NCBI GenBank assembly: GCA_973895155.1 | Contig: OZ316897.1 | Coordinates: 13,639,375 to 13,703,374 of the forward strand | From: Marsupella aquatica | Lineage: Eukaryota; Plantae; Marchantiophyta | Direction of reading: 5' to 3' | DNA length: 64,000 bases | In this document: positions 13,116 to 25,886 of the stretch, one piece after another | Position numbering within the stretch: the first letter of the stretch is position 1 | Layout of the letters: every line of letters begins with the position of its first letter | Translations under genes and position numbers: made by a program | Notes under the pieces: generated by a model | The model's input: the letters and a program-made list of their open reading frames with translations, nothing else | Told to the model about the DNA's origin: nothing | Databases searched by the model: none

Positions 13116-13685
13116 GTGGTTGTTTCCCATGCAGAAGCAGCTTGTAGTGTTGAAGTAGTGAAGACCATGCCACCTACTACTACTAGTGAGACATGGCATG
13201 CAACAGCAGCGAGGTTGGTGGATTTACCAGCACGCCCTACATTTGAGAGGACTAGGTTTAAACCTAGTGTTGTATCATTGGATAATCGGAGTGGTATCTT
13301 CCGATTAGTTGGGCCTTCTGGAGCAGTATACCAGCTAGAGAGGGTGTTACTGGATACTGGTGCTCAACCCTTGATGTTGGGAAAGTCTGCCATACATGGA
13401 TTGGGAATACGTCCAGAGGATTTGGAGGATTGTCCCTTTCCCATTCAGACTTCATTGGGGGGACCTACACCTACACAACACATTACCAGGAGACCTCTTG
13501 ATTTGAGGATTCAGAAAGGTCATACCACAGATAGCTCACAGATACAGGCGCGAGCTATTCAGACTAAGGCAGAGTCATATAATGTGTTGGTGGGATGTAC
13601 AGTGCTCTACCCTATGGGATTTATTCTTGATTTTTGGGAGGAATCAGTGTCATATAGACCTGATTGGCAGTCAGGAGATGCTTGA
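13116..13685 (+). pseudogene. Retropepsin aspartic protease fragment of a second retroelement family
   Basis: VLLDTGAQPLMLGK ... YNVLVG. Confidence 0.7.
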
Positions 13686-14399
13686 TTCCCTGGGCCCCCA
13701 GCATTATCAATAATGGGCTGGACGTGCGAACGGATGAAGGGTGCAAAAAATCTGATTTGAGATTAATTTTTATAATTGGCTTAGAAATATCAAGGGATGG
13801 TTTTATTCAAAGAACCTTTTCTAACTAATATAGGCTTATATAAATGTCACCCAAGTTAATATGCTTCAAGAGGTGATGTAATATGGATGTGACACGTGTC
13901 ACAATAGGATTGGTCCTTGTGGTCACCCTTTATTGGAACATGTGTATATGACATATAATTATGCTTGCAACATCTATGATTCAGAGTAGTTTAGGACTTT
14001 GGAGCTTTTGAACCCTGACTACCCTGCCATGTGGTTCAAAAATGCCCCAAAGTTGAAGTTTGGGGTTAAAGGGTCACGAACACAAAAATGTATGTACCCA
14101 AAACCCTTCTAAAACACTCCCATCAGTTTTAGAACCGTTTGCACATGATAAATTTATAACTTTTCAAGGCTTTCATAAATGGTGTAAAATGTGAAATTAT
14201 AATATCTCAAATCGTTTGCACAAGCCAAAAAATTGTACACCCTAGAACCTTAAAGTGCCAAAAAATCACTTTGCAGCTTCTCAATTTCACGCAAATTTGC
14301 ACAGCAACACATGGCAGCACGGCAACATCAGCCACAAAATGACCAAAAATAAAAGTTGCTGGAATTGAAATCCAAGAGCACTCCTGGGTACCTTAGAAG

Positions 14400-15840
14400 G
14401 TATCAGATTTTGTCCCAAAATCCGTTTGCCAAAAACATATTTCAGTTGAGATATTTTTACCGCCGAGTAAGGGGGGTCAAAACGTAAAAATTGGACCCCC
14501 GAGGAGAATCATTTCACTCAAATCCGCAAGCAAAGTCGGTTTGACAAATCGTTTGCACAAGCCTCTACTCAACTCCCTCAAGTATGTCGATGCAAAATAT
14601 TTTGTTGATATAACATCGAATAATTTGCCGAAAATCCGATTTTGTCACAAAAATGAGCTTGCTCCAAAAGTAGCTTTTCCTTAAATTCTCGCAATCCTTG
14701 TACAGGCCCTGAAAGAAATTTTTCAGAGCTGCCCAAAGGTTGCCACGTGCCCCCTAGGCCCCCTCAAACCCCATGTTACCCCCTCGACCTTTTTTTTGCG
14801 TCCATGCGTCGTCCCGCGCGAGTAAATACTTGCGACAGACTTACCCCCTGGTGGGATATCTAAGATATCTCTTTGGGGTTTTAACGAAAAGCAAACCCAA
14901 TTTCAGATTCTAAAACTAAACTTCAAGGCGCTTCAAATCAATATAAGGAACTATGAAAATGGTGAAAAATTGAGGGAAATAAAATTTGGACAAGATCGCT
15001 GATTTTGACCTAGTCACCATAGCCAAGAATTTCGAGCTCAACTCAATTCAAGAGTTCTTCGCGATAACTCATTGAAACACATTGATTTCTTCACCACCGT
15101 ATTCCATTGCAACACCACTCACACCCAACTTTCCTTCAATGATCACTAACGTCTTACAAGAAACCAAAATCACATCCCAGAAGCCACGTTTATCTCAGTA
15201 ATCAAGTCGGGACCTCAAAAACTATTGAAAAACTGTCTAATATGAAAATTGAAATTACTCAGCCATATATGAACAATCTCTCGACTAAACGTGCAAGTTT
15301 CCATTCCATAGACCTCCTTATCCGATGACCACTTCGTATGTCAATGTTCACACTTCCACCGTGCCCCCAAAAATTGTCAATCGATCACGATAAACTGTTG
15401 AGACATCAACTGATCCAACCCAAAGCTCTGATACCAATTGTAGGATCAAAATGGACAACATGACGTCTCATAATCATCAATCATTCAACACCCAAGTACA
15501 CCGACACAAAGATACTGATTCACTCTGTCAGGGCTACGTCCACGGCCGCACCAAGAGCTTCACTATGAACATGAAAAGTATATATCACCATAGCTCCATG
15601 GTCCAACCTCTCTCTCTCTCACACACAAAGTTCTTACCTAAGTGTTCTCTCGTCATGGGATACAAAGAGGGTTATCCCTTCATGAAGAGTCTAGTCAACT
15701 AATGTTAACTCCGGTCAACTTACTCTAGTTACCTAGCCAAGATTGAGTGAAATCCCTAACATAGGACAATTTACTGATCTAGAATCCTAATCTGAGCAAA
15801 AAATCTATTTTGGGATCGATGGAAGAGACAAGTCCCACAT
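14400..15840 (-). mobile_element. Truncated Ty1/copia: 5' LTR (from 15439), tRNA-iMet PBS (15425-15436) and 5' leader; no gag
   Basis: GCTCTGATACCA-AT-TG junction; leader shares blocks with the intact copia (CCTTGTACAGGCCCTG, AAGATATCTC..GGGTTTT); LTR may resume at ~17362-17393 beyond an insert; left boundary approximate. Confidence 0.75.
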
Positions 15841-17361
15841 TGTCTTGGGAATAGTAAGTTGTCAGAACACGTCGGATGTCTGGCTGTATGTGCTAATTAT
15901 GCTATTTTTCACTTATAAGATACTTCATGCTTAGAACCAATTCCCTTAAGAGCCTTGTCCCTTCCCAACCATTTCTCAAGTTCCTTGGGTTCCCCCTGTG
16001 CCTCTTGCGATTTTCTCTAGATAAGCTGGGTGGGAAGGGCGTTCAATTTTCTGCAAAGACTCATACACTTTTGGTACCAAGAGATATGTGTGATCTACTC
16101 CAGATATTGACAATAACACCAGAGTAGTCAGGACCAGGCCCACACTCCACAAATCTATCCTCCAAGTGATAATCTTCTCTACGTGCTTCTTTCAAATCTT
16201 GGCTATGATCTATCATCTATTACACTATTATGAACACACTCACATCCCCATCTGTGCATCTATATAGTATTAATGGATCCGACGACGTGATAATCGCAAT
16301 GTATCTTTTTTCCTCAAACTTCTGTGTAAGAACCTGCCTAATATCTACCTTTCTCTTTACTATCAACTTAATGCTCACTGTAAAATGCAAATTCAGAATC
16401 TGCGGACTCTCATTCAAATAAATATTCATATTCATATTTTCTATATGCTTTTTCTAATTAAGAGAGGTTCGATGGCAGAGCCGTTGCTACTTGATCACAG
16501 GTTTGTAGACATTATATCTATGGTATTGGTGGTATAATCGACCTTGCCAGATTCAAAACTCCATCTTCAAGGTACTCGAGTAGTGGCAATGCCTTCCATG
16601 ATCAAGAACCCTTAGAACCTTTAGAACCCTTAGAACCCTTCCACCATAGAAACCAATGGCATAGTCATTTCGTTAGTCCTAGAACCAATATTCAAGCATT
16701 CCTCTAATGCAAATGCACACAATATGTGTTCTATGCACTCTCTATCCTCATACTCATATGCTTGAAATGTTGGAAAAATGGACTCCCCTGGGAGAGCGAG
16801 CCTCCCTCTTATTTATAGTTTGAGCCAGGCTATGCTGGTCCATTTACAAGAGTATCCTAGAAGATACTAGAAATTACTAGAACTTACTAGAGTTAATTTT
16901 TTTATCATGATAAATTCTAGAAGTTACCAAAAATTATTTTTTATTATGGTAAATTCAAGAAATTACTATTTACTATGATAGATTTTAGAAGTTATCAAAA
17001 TTTACCTTTTTATTATGGTAAATTCTAGAAATTATTATTTACTATGGTAGATCTTGAAAATTACCAAGACTTAAAATTTTACTTGGTAAAACCCAAAAAT
17101 CTACTTGTTACCATATAAATCTTACTGAAAATCTTTACTTTTATATTTTCATAAAAAACCAAATTATTCTTCATATATTCTAATTTTCTTACGACACCGT
17201 CCACTTTAGTAAAGTGCACCACAAATTTACTTATTTTAGACTCACTTAAATGACTCATTTTTATTAATAGATAGGTTATTTTGATTTTTCTATTTCTATA
17301 TCCGAGTAGGTAGTTGATAGGATAGCAAGTGTATTCACCAAAAAGGTCCACAACTACGACA
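15841..17361 (-). mobile_element. Probable solo LTR (~1.5 kb) inserted in the copia LTR
   Basis: TGTC...GACA ends; minus-strand TATAAATAAG ~16808-16818; CTAGAAATTAC-type tandem repeats 16860-17100; TSD unclear. Confidence 0.5.
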
Positions 17362-17420
17362 CAATTGGTACATCAATGCACTCTAACGCAACAAGTTGCA
17401 CACTACTCACAAATCACTAA

Positions 17421-18336
17421 ATTTTCCTTGGAATTGATTTTTTTTTAAAGTTTTAACCCGCCAAAAACCCCACGGGCAGGGCAAACACGCCTCACGGCAA
17501 AACAAGACCACCTCCTCTTGGGGGGGGATCACAAGGGGCACAAAAGAAACCATCCCAAGACAAACCAAAACCAGCAAGTCAAGAGAGAATAGCAGTAGCA
17601 AATGAGAAGAGAGGGTCCCATGTAAGGACCACAACTAAGACCTAATCACGCATTCTAACCCTATTGTGGGCACAGGGTCAACCACCAGTGGAAATACAGC
17701 CCCTGCCATCATTGAGCCAGAGCCTACGTGAACTGTCAATCCTATCTTTTGCCCGACACAACCGGGTGTTCTTTCTACCAGGGGGTGAGCATCTGCTCAC
17801 CGCATTCAAGCTCTCCGCAGCCTTAGAAAGCACTAGGCCCATATCAAATGTACGTCTACCACCTGCACTGAACATATGGGAGTTCCTGCATAGCCACAAC
17901 ATCCATAAAATCTGGTGCAAGACAAAAAGTTTGGCAATCTGCTCAGGGTCCCTCCCATGAGCAGAGTCCAACATAGACAACAGCCCCTGGCCGATTGGTA
18001 AGCCCAACTCACGTAAGAAGCAATGACAGAGTTCCCAGCACCTCACAGCAATGCACACCCAAAGAACATATGGGGGATGGTCTCTAATGTACCTCTACAC
18101 ACTTTGCAATCACCATTGCTCACACCAATTCTAAGTGCCCTAGCTCCCGTGAATAGACCCCCAACAATAATTCTCCAGATGAATGTCTTGCCCCTGGTTG
18201 GCAGGTCAGAGGCCCACAGTCTAGACCACCCCAAGTTGCATCTCAGTTCAGGTCTAGAAATGGACCAGATCCGGTTAAGGCGGCCGTGATTTGAGCTTTT
18301 GGGCCGCAGGAATTCATAAACACGACAGTTCTCCAT
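17421..18336 (-). mobile_element. 5'-truncated LINE (L1-like): zf-RVT C-terminus + 3' UTR + A-rich tail
   Basis: CKVCRGTLETIPHMFFGC; ILWMLWLCRN; T-run 17438-17446; TSD AAATCACTAA at 17411-17420 and 18337-18346. Confidence 0.85.
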
Positions 18337-18649
18337 AAATCACTAAGTTTTGAAGTAGGTCTTAAGATTTTTGATGAAATAAAATATGTTTGTAATTTTT
18401 GTTCCTACTTCCCCAAATAGGTTTGGCCCGTTGGGCTAGTACAATGGATGTGATATGAACTTGAATTATTTTAGTGTTAATTACTCATAAATATTAATAA
18501 AAATTTCCAAAAGCAATTATGATGTAGATTAATCTCACACTACATGAAACTATAACGAATTGTAACATCTTGGTATTGGATAGGACTTCATCCATGGTTC
18601 ACGAGTCACTAAGCATGTGTGAGGTTAAATTCACTATCGCTCATAATTG

Positions 18650-19600
18650 AATTATCAATGTCCTTTTGACTGGAGACGAGTCTTCCAATTCATCACCCTC
18701 TTCAACATTGTCTTCCTTGTCTTCGGCTTAAGTCATTACCATAGAATCTTGTAATATTTCCTCTCTATTTGTAAAATTTGGAGGCACATTTTGTTTGTGG
18801 AGAGGGAAAGAAATTCATTCCTCAATGATTTGATTTATTTACTTAGATGCTTGATGAGTTGCAACTATGTCAGTCCCTCTTTGTTTTCCAGAACTTTTGA
18901 GCTTGCTCATCTAGGTTTCTTATGTTCATAAAAAACAATTGAATCTCATACACATCTTCCATGGCACGAGCCTTGATATTCAATGTAGTTGATGCTTGAG
19001 GTGGATTCAGCCAATGAATTCTTTTCTTCATTACCTTTCTGTGGAGTGCAGCCAACTCTTTTGTTTTCTTGTTGTTGATTGGGCGATTAGTAACCATCTC
19101 TAGTGTACCACTCTTATTTGCAAGGCTTTCCTCTTTAGCCAAATCAATGTTTGTTCTCTTTACCTCTAAAGTTTTTGCTCTTCTTTTGCTCGGAGGCTCT
19201 TTCCAGATGTTTGTCATTCAATCATGCAACTTGCCACTTTGGGGAATCCTTGGAGATAATCACGCACCATTGAAAATTAACTGTAATCTTTTATTGCTTA
19301 TAAAGTGCCATGACCTTCTCCATTTGCGAATAGACCTTGGCACATTCTTCACAACACTTTGGTACTTCCTCCCAAATTGGACATGGCTTTTGTGAAGTAG
19401 CCTTCAATCTTGGTCCAATAAACATCAGACTTTTGTTCGTATCCTAAAGCTGAACAATTATTTCATGTAAGCCATGACCTTGCAATCTGATGGACCTTAA
19501 TGTTGGAGAAATTGACTTGTTTCTTACCGGCCTTGCCCTTGGGAAAGACATCACTTGAAGCCATATTGCCAAAGAGAGGCTTTCAATTTTGACAATGGGA
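18650..19600 (-). pseudogene. Degenerate basic protein, possibly Myb/SANT-like (Harbinger-associated type)
   Basis: Fragments IRKWEKVMALYK and LFFMNIRNLDEQAQKFWKTKR; many stops. Confidence 0.3.
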
Positions 19601-20385
19601 GCACAAGAGACCTAGCAATCAACAATGAGATGTTTAAGAATGTGAGTCAAATCTTGATTCAAGGCAAAAAAGGTTTAATTTTGCATTTGCTTCCTTTGCA
19701 CACAAACTCTTTGCGCACAAGACAAGGTCTTTCTAAGATGGTCCAATCTTGATCTTGTCAACAAAAAGTGCGGTCATTTAGCATTCTCGTAAGTTGGAAC
19801 TCTATTCCAAAAAGTTACGTTAGTGCTTGATCCAAATAGTTTACTTTTTTCCTCCAAGTTAGTGGGTTTGCCCAAAGTTGCATTAGCATCTAGTCGTGTC
19901 ACCTACTCGTAATTGCTCCGGCGTTGCCTAACTCCAACATTGAGTCCCTATTAGATTTGCTACCATCATGGTCATTAGGGATGCAACTAACAAAGAGGAG
20001 GCTAGTAAGAGCAAGGACAAGACTTGAGAAAAGTGCACTCTAATTTAACTCTATTGGGCCCGTTGCTCATCACGGAAATATGAATTATTTTTCCGACGGA
20101 TCACCATAGGGGCCGGAAGAGCCCTACATGAGCCCAATCGTGGGGCCGCATATTTCCCGACCAACGGACCCAAGGGCCAAAAGTTATGGCCGACTCAAGT
20201 CGCATACTTGTAATTTGGGCCAGTCATGGAACTCGACTACCTTAACACTTAGATCCGGCATCGTTGACTCTGACACTGAGCTTCCTTATGGTCCAGGCCC
20301 GGATAGGCCATCCGAGGAGGACTTAGCATGGGGAGACTTATGGACAATGAGACGTGGCACTAGCGAAGGCAAGGCACCAAGCTGG

Positions 20386-23300
20386 TGACACACACTAAGA
20401 ACTTAGACTAGCTGAAAGCGGGTATGTAATATAGTAGTTATTCAGAATTATTGAGAAAACTTGAAAATTTTCAACTTTTTGAGATAAGTAGTGATTCAAC
20501 TCAGGTTATTTATATTAATTAGGAGAATTAGAAGTAGCTAAGCCACCCTAGAGTACATACCTGTAGTTTACTAAAACTAGTTACTTTTAAAGCCATGTCA
20601 AATCGGGAGTCGTAAAAGCAGCATATGCATTTAGACGGAAAGACACTTATGCGCTCATGCGCTTATGCGCTCCCTACCTTGTGGGTAACTAAAAGTAGTC
20701 GTTGATGACAAGGAGAGAGAGAGAGATTTACTAGGCCACCTGCTCGCGATGAATACTTCCACTTTCTTGTTTTGATACCAAACGCCTCAACGCCCATACA
20801 CTGATACGCAGAGATGCTTATGCGTTGTGGCGCTTATATGCTTATACGCGAACATGCCAATGCGCCGCGACCTTTTGTGACTTAGACTCTCAAATCAACG
20901 GTGAAGCAAATCTCAAGAATTATAGCTAAGACCCTTCATGGCGGATGTAGATGAGATGAGTTGCGATTCTCCCATTCCTAGGGCTATCCCTGTGAAATAT
21001 CCTGTACTCAATAGGGATTCAATGTTATTGGCTGATGCTCTAGAAGTTATGCACCTGGGGCAGCTTCTGTCTATTTCGTGGACTTCTGTATGTTCTACTT
21101 ACTTGCGCGAGTTTGCCAATGGGTCACAGATACCAGAAGTATTTCAGGAGACTGTAGAGCAGATCCAGAGAAATGACACTTGGAGTTTGTTTTTGATGCT
21201 TTTAGTTGTCCTTTTGAGGGCTGCGGTCTACAATTTGGGAGAAGTGCTCTATCCGATTCAATGTTTGCTGGGACGAGAAATTCAAAAGCTGGATGGAAGC
21301 TTAATCAATGTATTGATTATACCTTCAAGATTATTCTCGAGTTTCTAGTACCAATTTTTCATCCTGCTCGACCCTACATGGTACCTGTATCCTTGGCGAA
21401 TACTTTTGTGACTTCATGGAAGGAACACACTGAAGTGAATTGGGGTATGTTGTTGAGACAAACCATTCTTAGCCAGATCAATGTTGTACGGAATGGTAAA
21501 CCTACCTACCTTCAAGTTTACCTCAGTCAGCTTTACTGGTATGAGAATTATTTGCTCCCATAGGAGAAAGCTGAAAGAATTGCATTATTGGAGGAATTAG
21601 ATGTGGAACACTCAGAGACTGATTTGAGACCTAATGATTTGAGAGTGGAGGAAACATCAGAAGCTGGTCACCAGAAAATTATGTCACCTGCCCTGGAACT
21701 TATGGATGAGGATATTAATCCTAATATTGAGATTACACCTTATCATACCAATAGTAGTTCGACAGACCACACTCCTCTTCCTGTTATTCCTGCCAGTGAT
21801 CATATTCATCCAAAGAAATTGATTGATGAGGGGAAGACTGTTTTTAATCAGCACGTAGTAGACAGTTTGTCCAGGATGCTGACTTGTGATCCAGATGAAA
21901 TCCTCACCATTGTAGAAAGATTGAGGACTACCTCTGTTACCCAACCATCACCAGCCTACAACTATATCACTCCATACAGCCCCACTTCTATCTATTCACC
22001 GACCCAGAGTCATGTTCCACCAAATTACCCATCCACTGAAGGACAATTAGAAGTACTTGGGGCTACAGATCATCTCTCTCTGACAGACATCCAGAATACA
22101 GACACCATTGTAAGATCCCCAGTAGATGAGAGATTATCACCATTGAGGACAGATCTTCAACAAATTATGGAAGTTTTACCCCGATCTTCTGCTGAGTATT
22201 ACTTCGAACTTGTAGGTGAGATGTGCAAGATGTTGGAGTGTGACCCTGATCATTTAATTGAAGTTTTAGACGAGGTTATGTATAGATTATCTCGTACTGC
22301 AAACCATGACCAGCACTTGGAATACTGCGAAGATCTTGTCCACAGATTCACTCAGATGTTTGGCTACAACACCAAGCAAGTTTATTCTGCAGTTTGCTAT
22401 CATACCTCAGCATCAGGTTCTCCCATTTATTATTCCAGCCCTCCTTCTAGCCATTCAGCTACCTCTCCTTACAGTCCTTCAAATCAACCAAACCAACTTT
22501 TTCCTAGTTTTCCAGAACCTGAGATTACTCCTACAGGTGAACATCTTGCCATTTCTTTCCCTGACACCCTTCCACCCAGTCAAGATAAATCATGCCAAGT
22601 CAATTTTATCCCTACCCTGCATATTGATCCAAAAACCCCTCAGGAGAGTATTAAATAGTTTGCTGAATTTGTTAGAGTTTCAGATCTTAGAACTCCTCCA
22701 ATCTTAGAGTTTTGGAAGTACTATCATAAGAAGAGAGTTGAATGCCTCTACATCTTGAAACTTCATTTGTTAGAAGTCACCCGCTTAGAGATAGCAGAGA
22801 TGGATAAAATCTAGATAGAAGCTGAATATTTCTGTCCCATTCTCGCTGTCATGATCCTAGTTGGACACATTGTACTGGAAAATGGAGATTTGGCTTTAGC
22901 CTATTTTGGGAATCTACCTACGTATGTCCTGGAGTTTATTATTGTCTTCTTAAGACAAACCAAGAGGAGGTTCCAGATGAATCACAAAGCTTCTCTAGTA
23001 TAACCTGTTGTCCTCCAACGATTCATTACTCCAATCACTGAGAAGTAGAGGATCTGGGATAAAATTACTTCTCAGCGACTAACAGAGTATACTCTGAAGT
23101 GGCGTGAACTCTTACCTATAATCACTTTACTTCTACCACTTGCCAGAGACTCTGAGACATTCATGGCCAGGTTTCCTCAAAACTACCATGCTACTTGCTG
23201 CAATTAAGACTTCATTGATATTTACATGCAAGCTAGCAAGGTAAATACCATGCTACACCGGAGACTACTTCCTGTTATGGATCTTGAACGACAACGGAAG

Positions 23301-24880
23301 TCTTTACCTTTCTATCGGCATCATACTCAAGACATGGATGTAATTCGAGAAGCTATGCAAGAGAATACCTACACAAGAGTTCAGCAACCAGATCAGACAG
23401 CACTACTCCAACAAGATTAACTCTCTTGCGACCATAGTTAAGTTGTATAGATCCACGCAATTTTAGTTAAAAATCTTAAGTAGTCAAAAAAGTCTCATAT
23501 TTTTCCAGGAGATAGCCCTTACGTAGTAGAATCACCCATGAAAATCTCAACTCAAATCAACATGTGGTTTGAAAGTTAAAAATGTTTTTATTTTGCTATT
23601 TTTTGCTTATATGCGAAAGCGCTAATGCGCTTATGCGCCCATGTTCTTATGCGCGAATGCGCCCAGCACTTAGAAAATTTTCCAGTTTCCATTTTCTGTA
23701 ACATTTTTAACACTTCTGCCTATTTTATTGAGACACTTAGACACCTCAGAAAAGTCTCATATTTTGCTAGCATAAAATATATACATCAGAGACCATTTTA
23801 GAAAAGTATCACGTTTTTCTGACTTTTAGCTGAGAAATTAAAATTAGGACATAACCCCTATTTATTAGTTTTGCCACAATTCCACTTTTATAATAGTTAA
23901 CCCTTGAAATACTTTTTAGTTAATTTTTCATTCCAGGAACATTCCATAGGTACTCCTATAGTACAATTTTGTTACTTTACTTTTGCCCATGACCCTTAAG
24001 ATATGAAAGGGCATGTCCGTTCATTATCTCTTTTCCCTTTGGTTCCTGCTAGCCTATAGATAGTAGTTCTCGTGTCATTTCTTGTGTGAAGAAATTTCAT
24101 GAGCGTTTAGTTGCAAGATTGTAACTTTGTTACCTCCACCTTATAAAGAGAACTCCATTGCATATGAGTAGTTAATACAAAAGATTTCTTCCCCCTTCAA
24201 GTCTGAATGGATGAGAAGTTTGGACCCTTGAAATAAAATCATTGTGAATGTCAAATCTTTGGTATTTGTGGAAATAGATTCCTTGATTGGTGATATTTTA
24301 TATATTCCTTAGTTCTTGATGCATAGTTGTTGGCGTTGCCTTGCTTGAGCACGGGATGCTAAGAAGGATTACTTACCAATGACTTATGACTTCAAATTTG
24401 ATGATGATGGTGTCTCTTATTCATGACACAAAGTACCGATTGGATACAGAAGTGATTGATTACTAGTCTCCACTAAGTACCTTGGAAGAAAAAATTGAGA
24501 CATGTTGACGGCATTTTAGTGATCATCCTAGTACAGTAATCCTTTCCAGAAATATTTTTACGGATATACCACCTAAACCACATCAAATGAAGTTATGTTG
24601 CGGAGTAACCTTGGTTGTTTTCTTATCTCCCTACCATACCTCAAGATTTTCATTGTGTTTTCTTAATTATTTCCATTTTGTTATTTTATTTACAATGTTA
24701 AGTAAACATTCAAATCTATACCTTGTTGAGAAACCATAGTAAAAGGCTCAGACCTATGTTTTTGTTATCTTACTCATTCAAAAGTGCTAAATCATAGAAA
24801 ATCATTCCTTACATGTTCTTCCATGGGAACGAATACCGAGTTTTGGATCTTAAATGTTAATTTATGTCCCTAGTATGATA
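20386..24880 (+). mobile_element. 4.5 kb solo-LTR-like unit containing a long accessory ORF
   Basis: Ends TGACACAC...GTATGATA (plausibly degenerate TGTCAYAC...GTRTGACA); 4-bp TSD CTGG/CTAG; tail collinear with the 3' end of the gypsy element at 9627-10808. Confidence 0.65.
20938..23420 (+). pseudogene. ~800-aa accessory ORF of unknown function (frameshifts and stops)
   Basis: Consecutive ORF fragments 20938, 21180, 21588, 23226; homologous to 3728-5757 and partly to 7122-7630. Confidence 0.75.
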
Positions 24881-25886
24881 CTAGAGGCTCAGGTCAAGAA
24901 GGAAAGGGGCCGGGCTCAAAGTCGACTATCCGGACCCCCAGACGAACTTTGAGTTATGAGGGGTTGAGTGTGAGCTCCTCTTGGGCCCAAGGCCAATGGA
25001 GTTGACGCCATGGGCTACGGACGCTTGAGACGCAAGTTATGGTCTAATCCGGGTTGGGCCGATCGGGGGCCCTGAGCGGAAATGAGATCTGAGGGCCTAG
25101 GCATGAGCACAGGGTTGGCCCAATCACAACGGGCTAAGGCACTCCGCTTGTGGATGCCTAATGAGAAAGTTATGGGCGTTGCCAATTGGTGGCGTGCCCA
25201 GTATGCGTAATAGGATCCAGGTTGGAGGCCAAAAATTTAGGGACCAAAGTTGGTCCGGGGGTGACAGGTCTCCAGAAGCATATATGAGGGGAATGGTGTC
25301 TCCCTGGGGGCTAAGGGCGAGCCGAAGTCGTGAGCCGTGGCAGTCGCGACACTATGGGAAATCGTCAAACGAAAATGGCGATATCTTCCCAATGGGAAGT
25401 CCGTTGGAGTACTTCTTGGGTGCGTTGGAAAGCTCTCAAGGAGGGCTACGTCATTTTGAGCTCATCTGGGTCTAAAGGCACAATGGGTTATTGGGGTTTT
25501 TGGGTGTTACCTATAGAGGGTTAACTCAGTCTTGGATTGAACTATGGTCAGTATATTAACTAGGGTTTGCTCTAACCCCTAGTTGAAGAGATTGGTCCTT
25601 ATCTCTTCAACTTGTATGTGGTGTAAAAGAGTTCTCAAGAGAGAACACAGGGATATAGCAAGGAGATGAGAGCTATGGTGATGCTTGAGTAGATATATAA
25701 CCGTTAATAAAGCTTTGTATTCCCGTGGACGTAGCCAACCTTGAGGCAAACCAGGTAACTATTGAGCACGTGTACATGTTTGGAGTGTTTCTCCCCACAA
25801 TTGATATCAGAGCTCAGATTTTCTCAGTTCATTAGGAACTCCATAGAACTTGCTTTAAGCGAAGCAAACAACGGAAGTTTTCCTCT

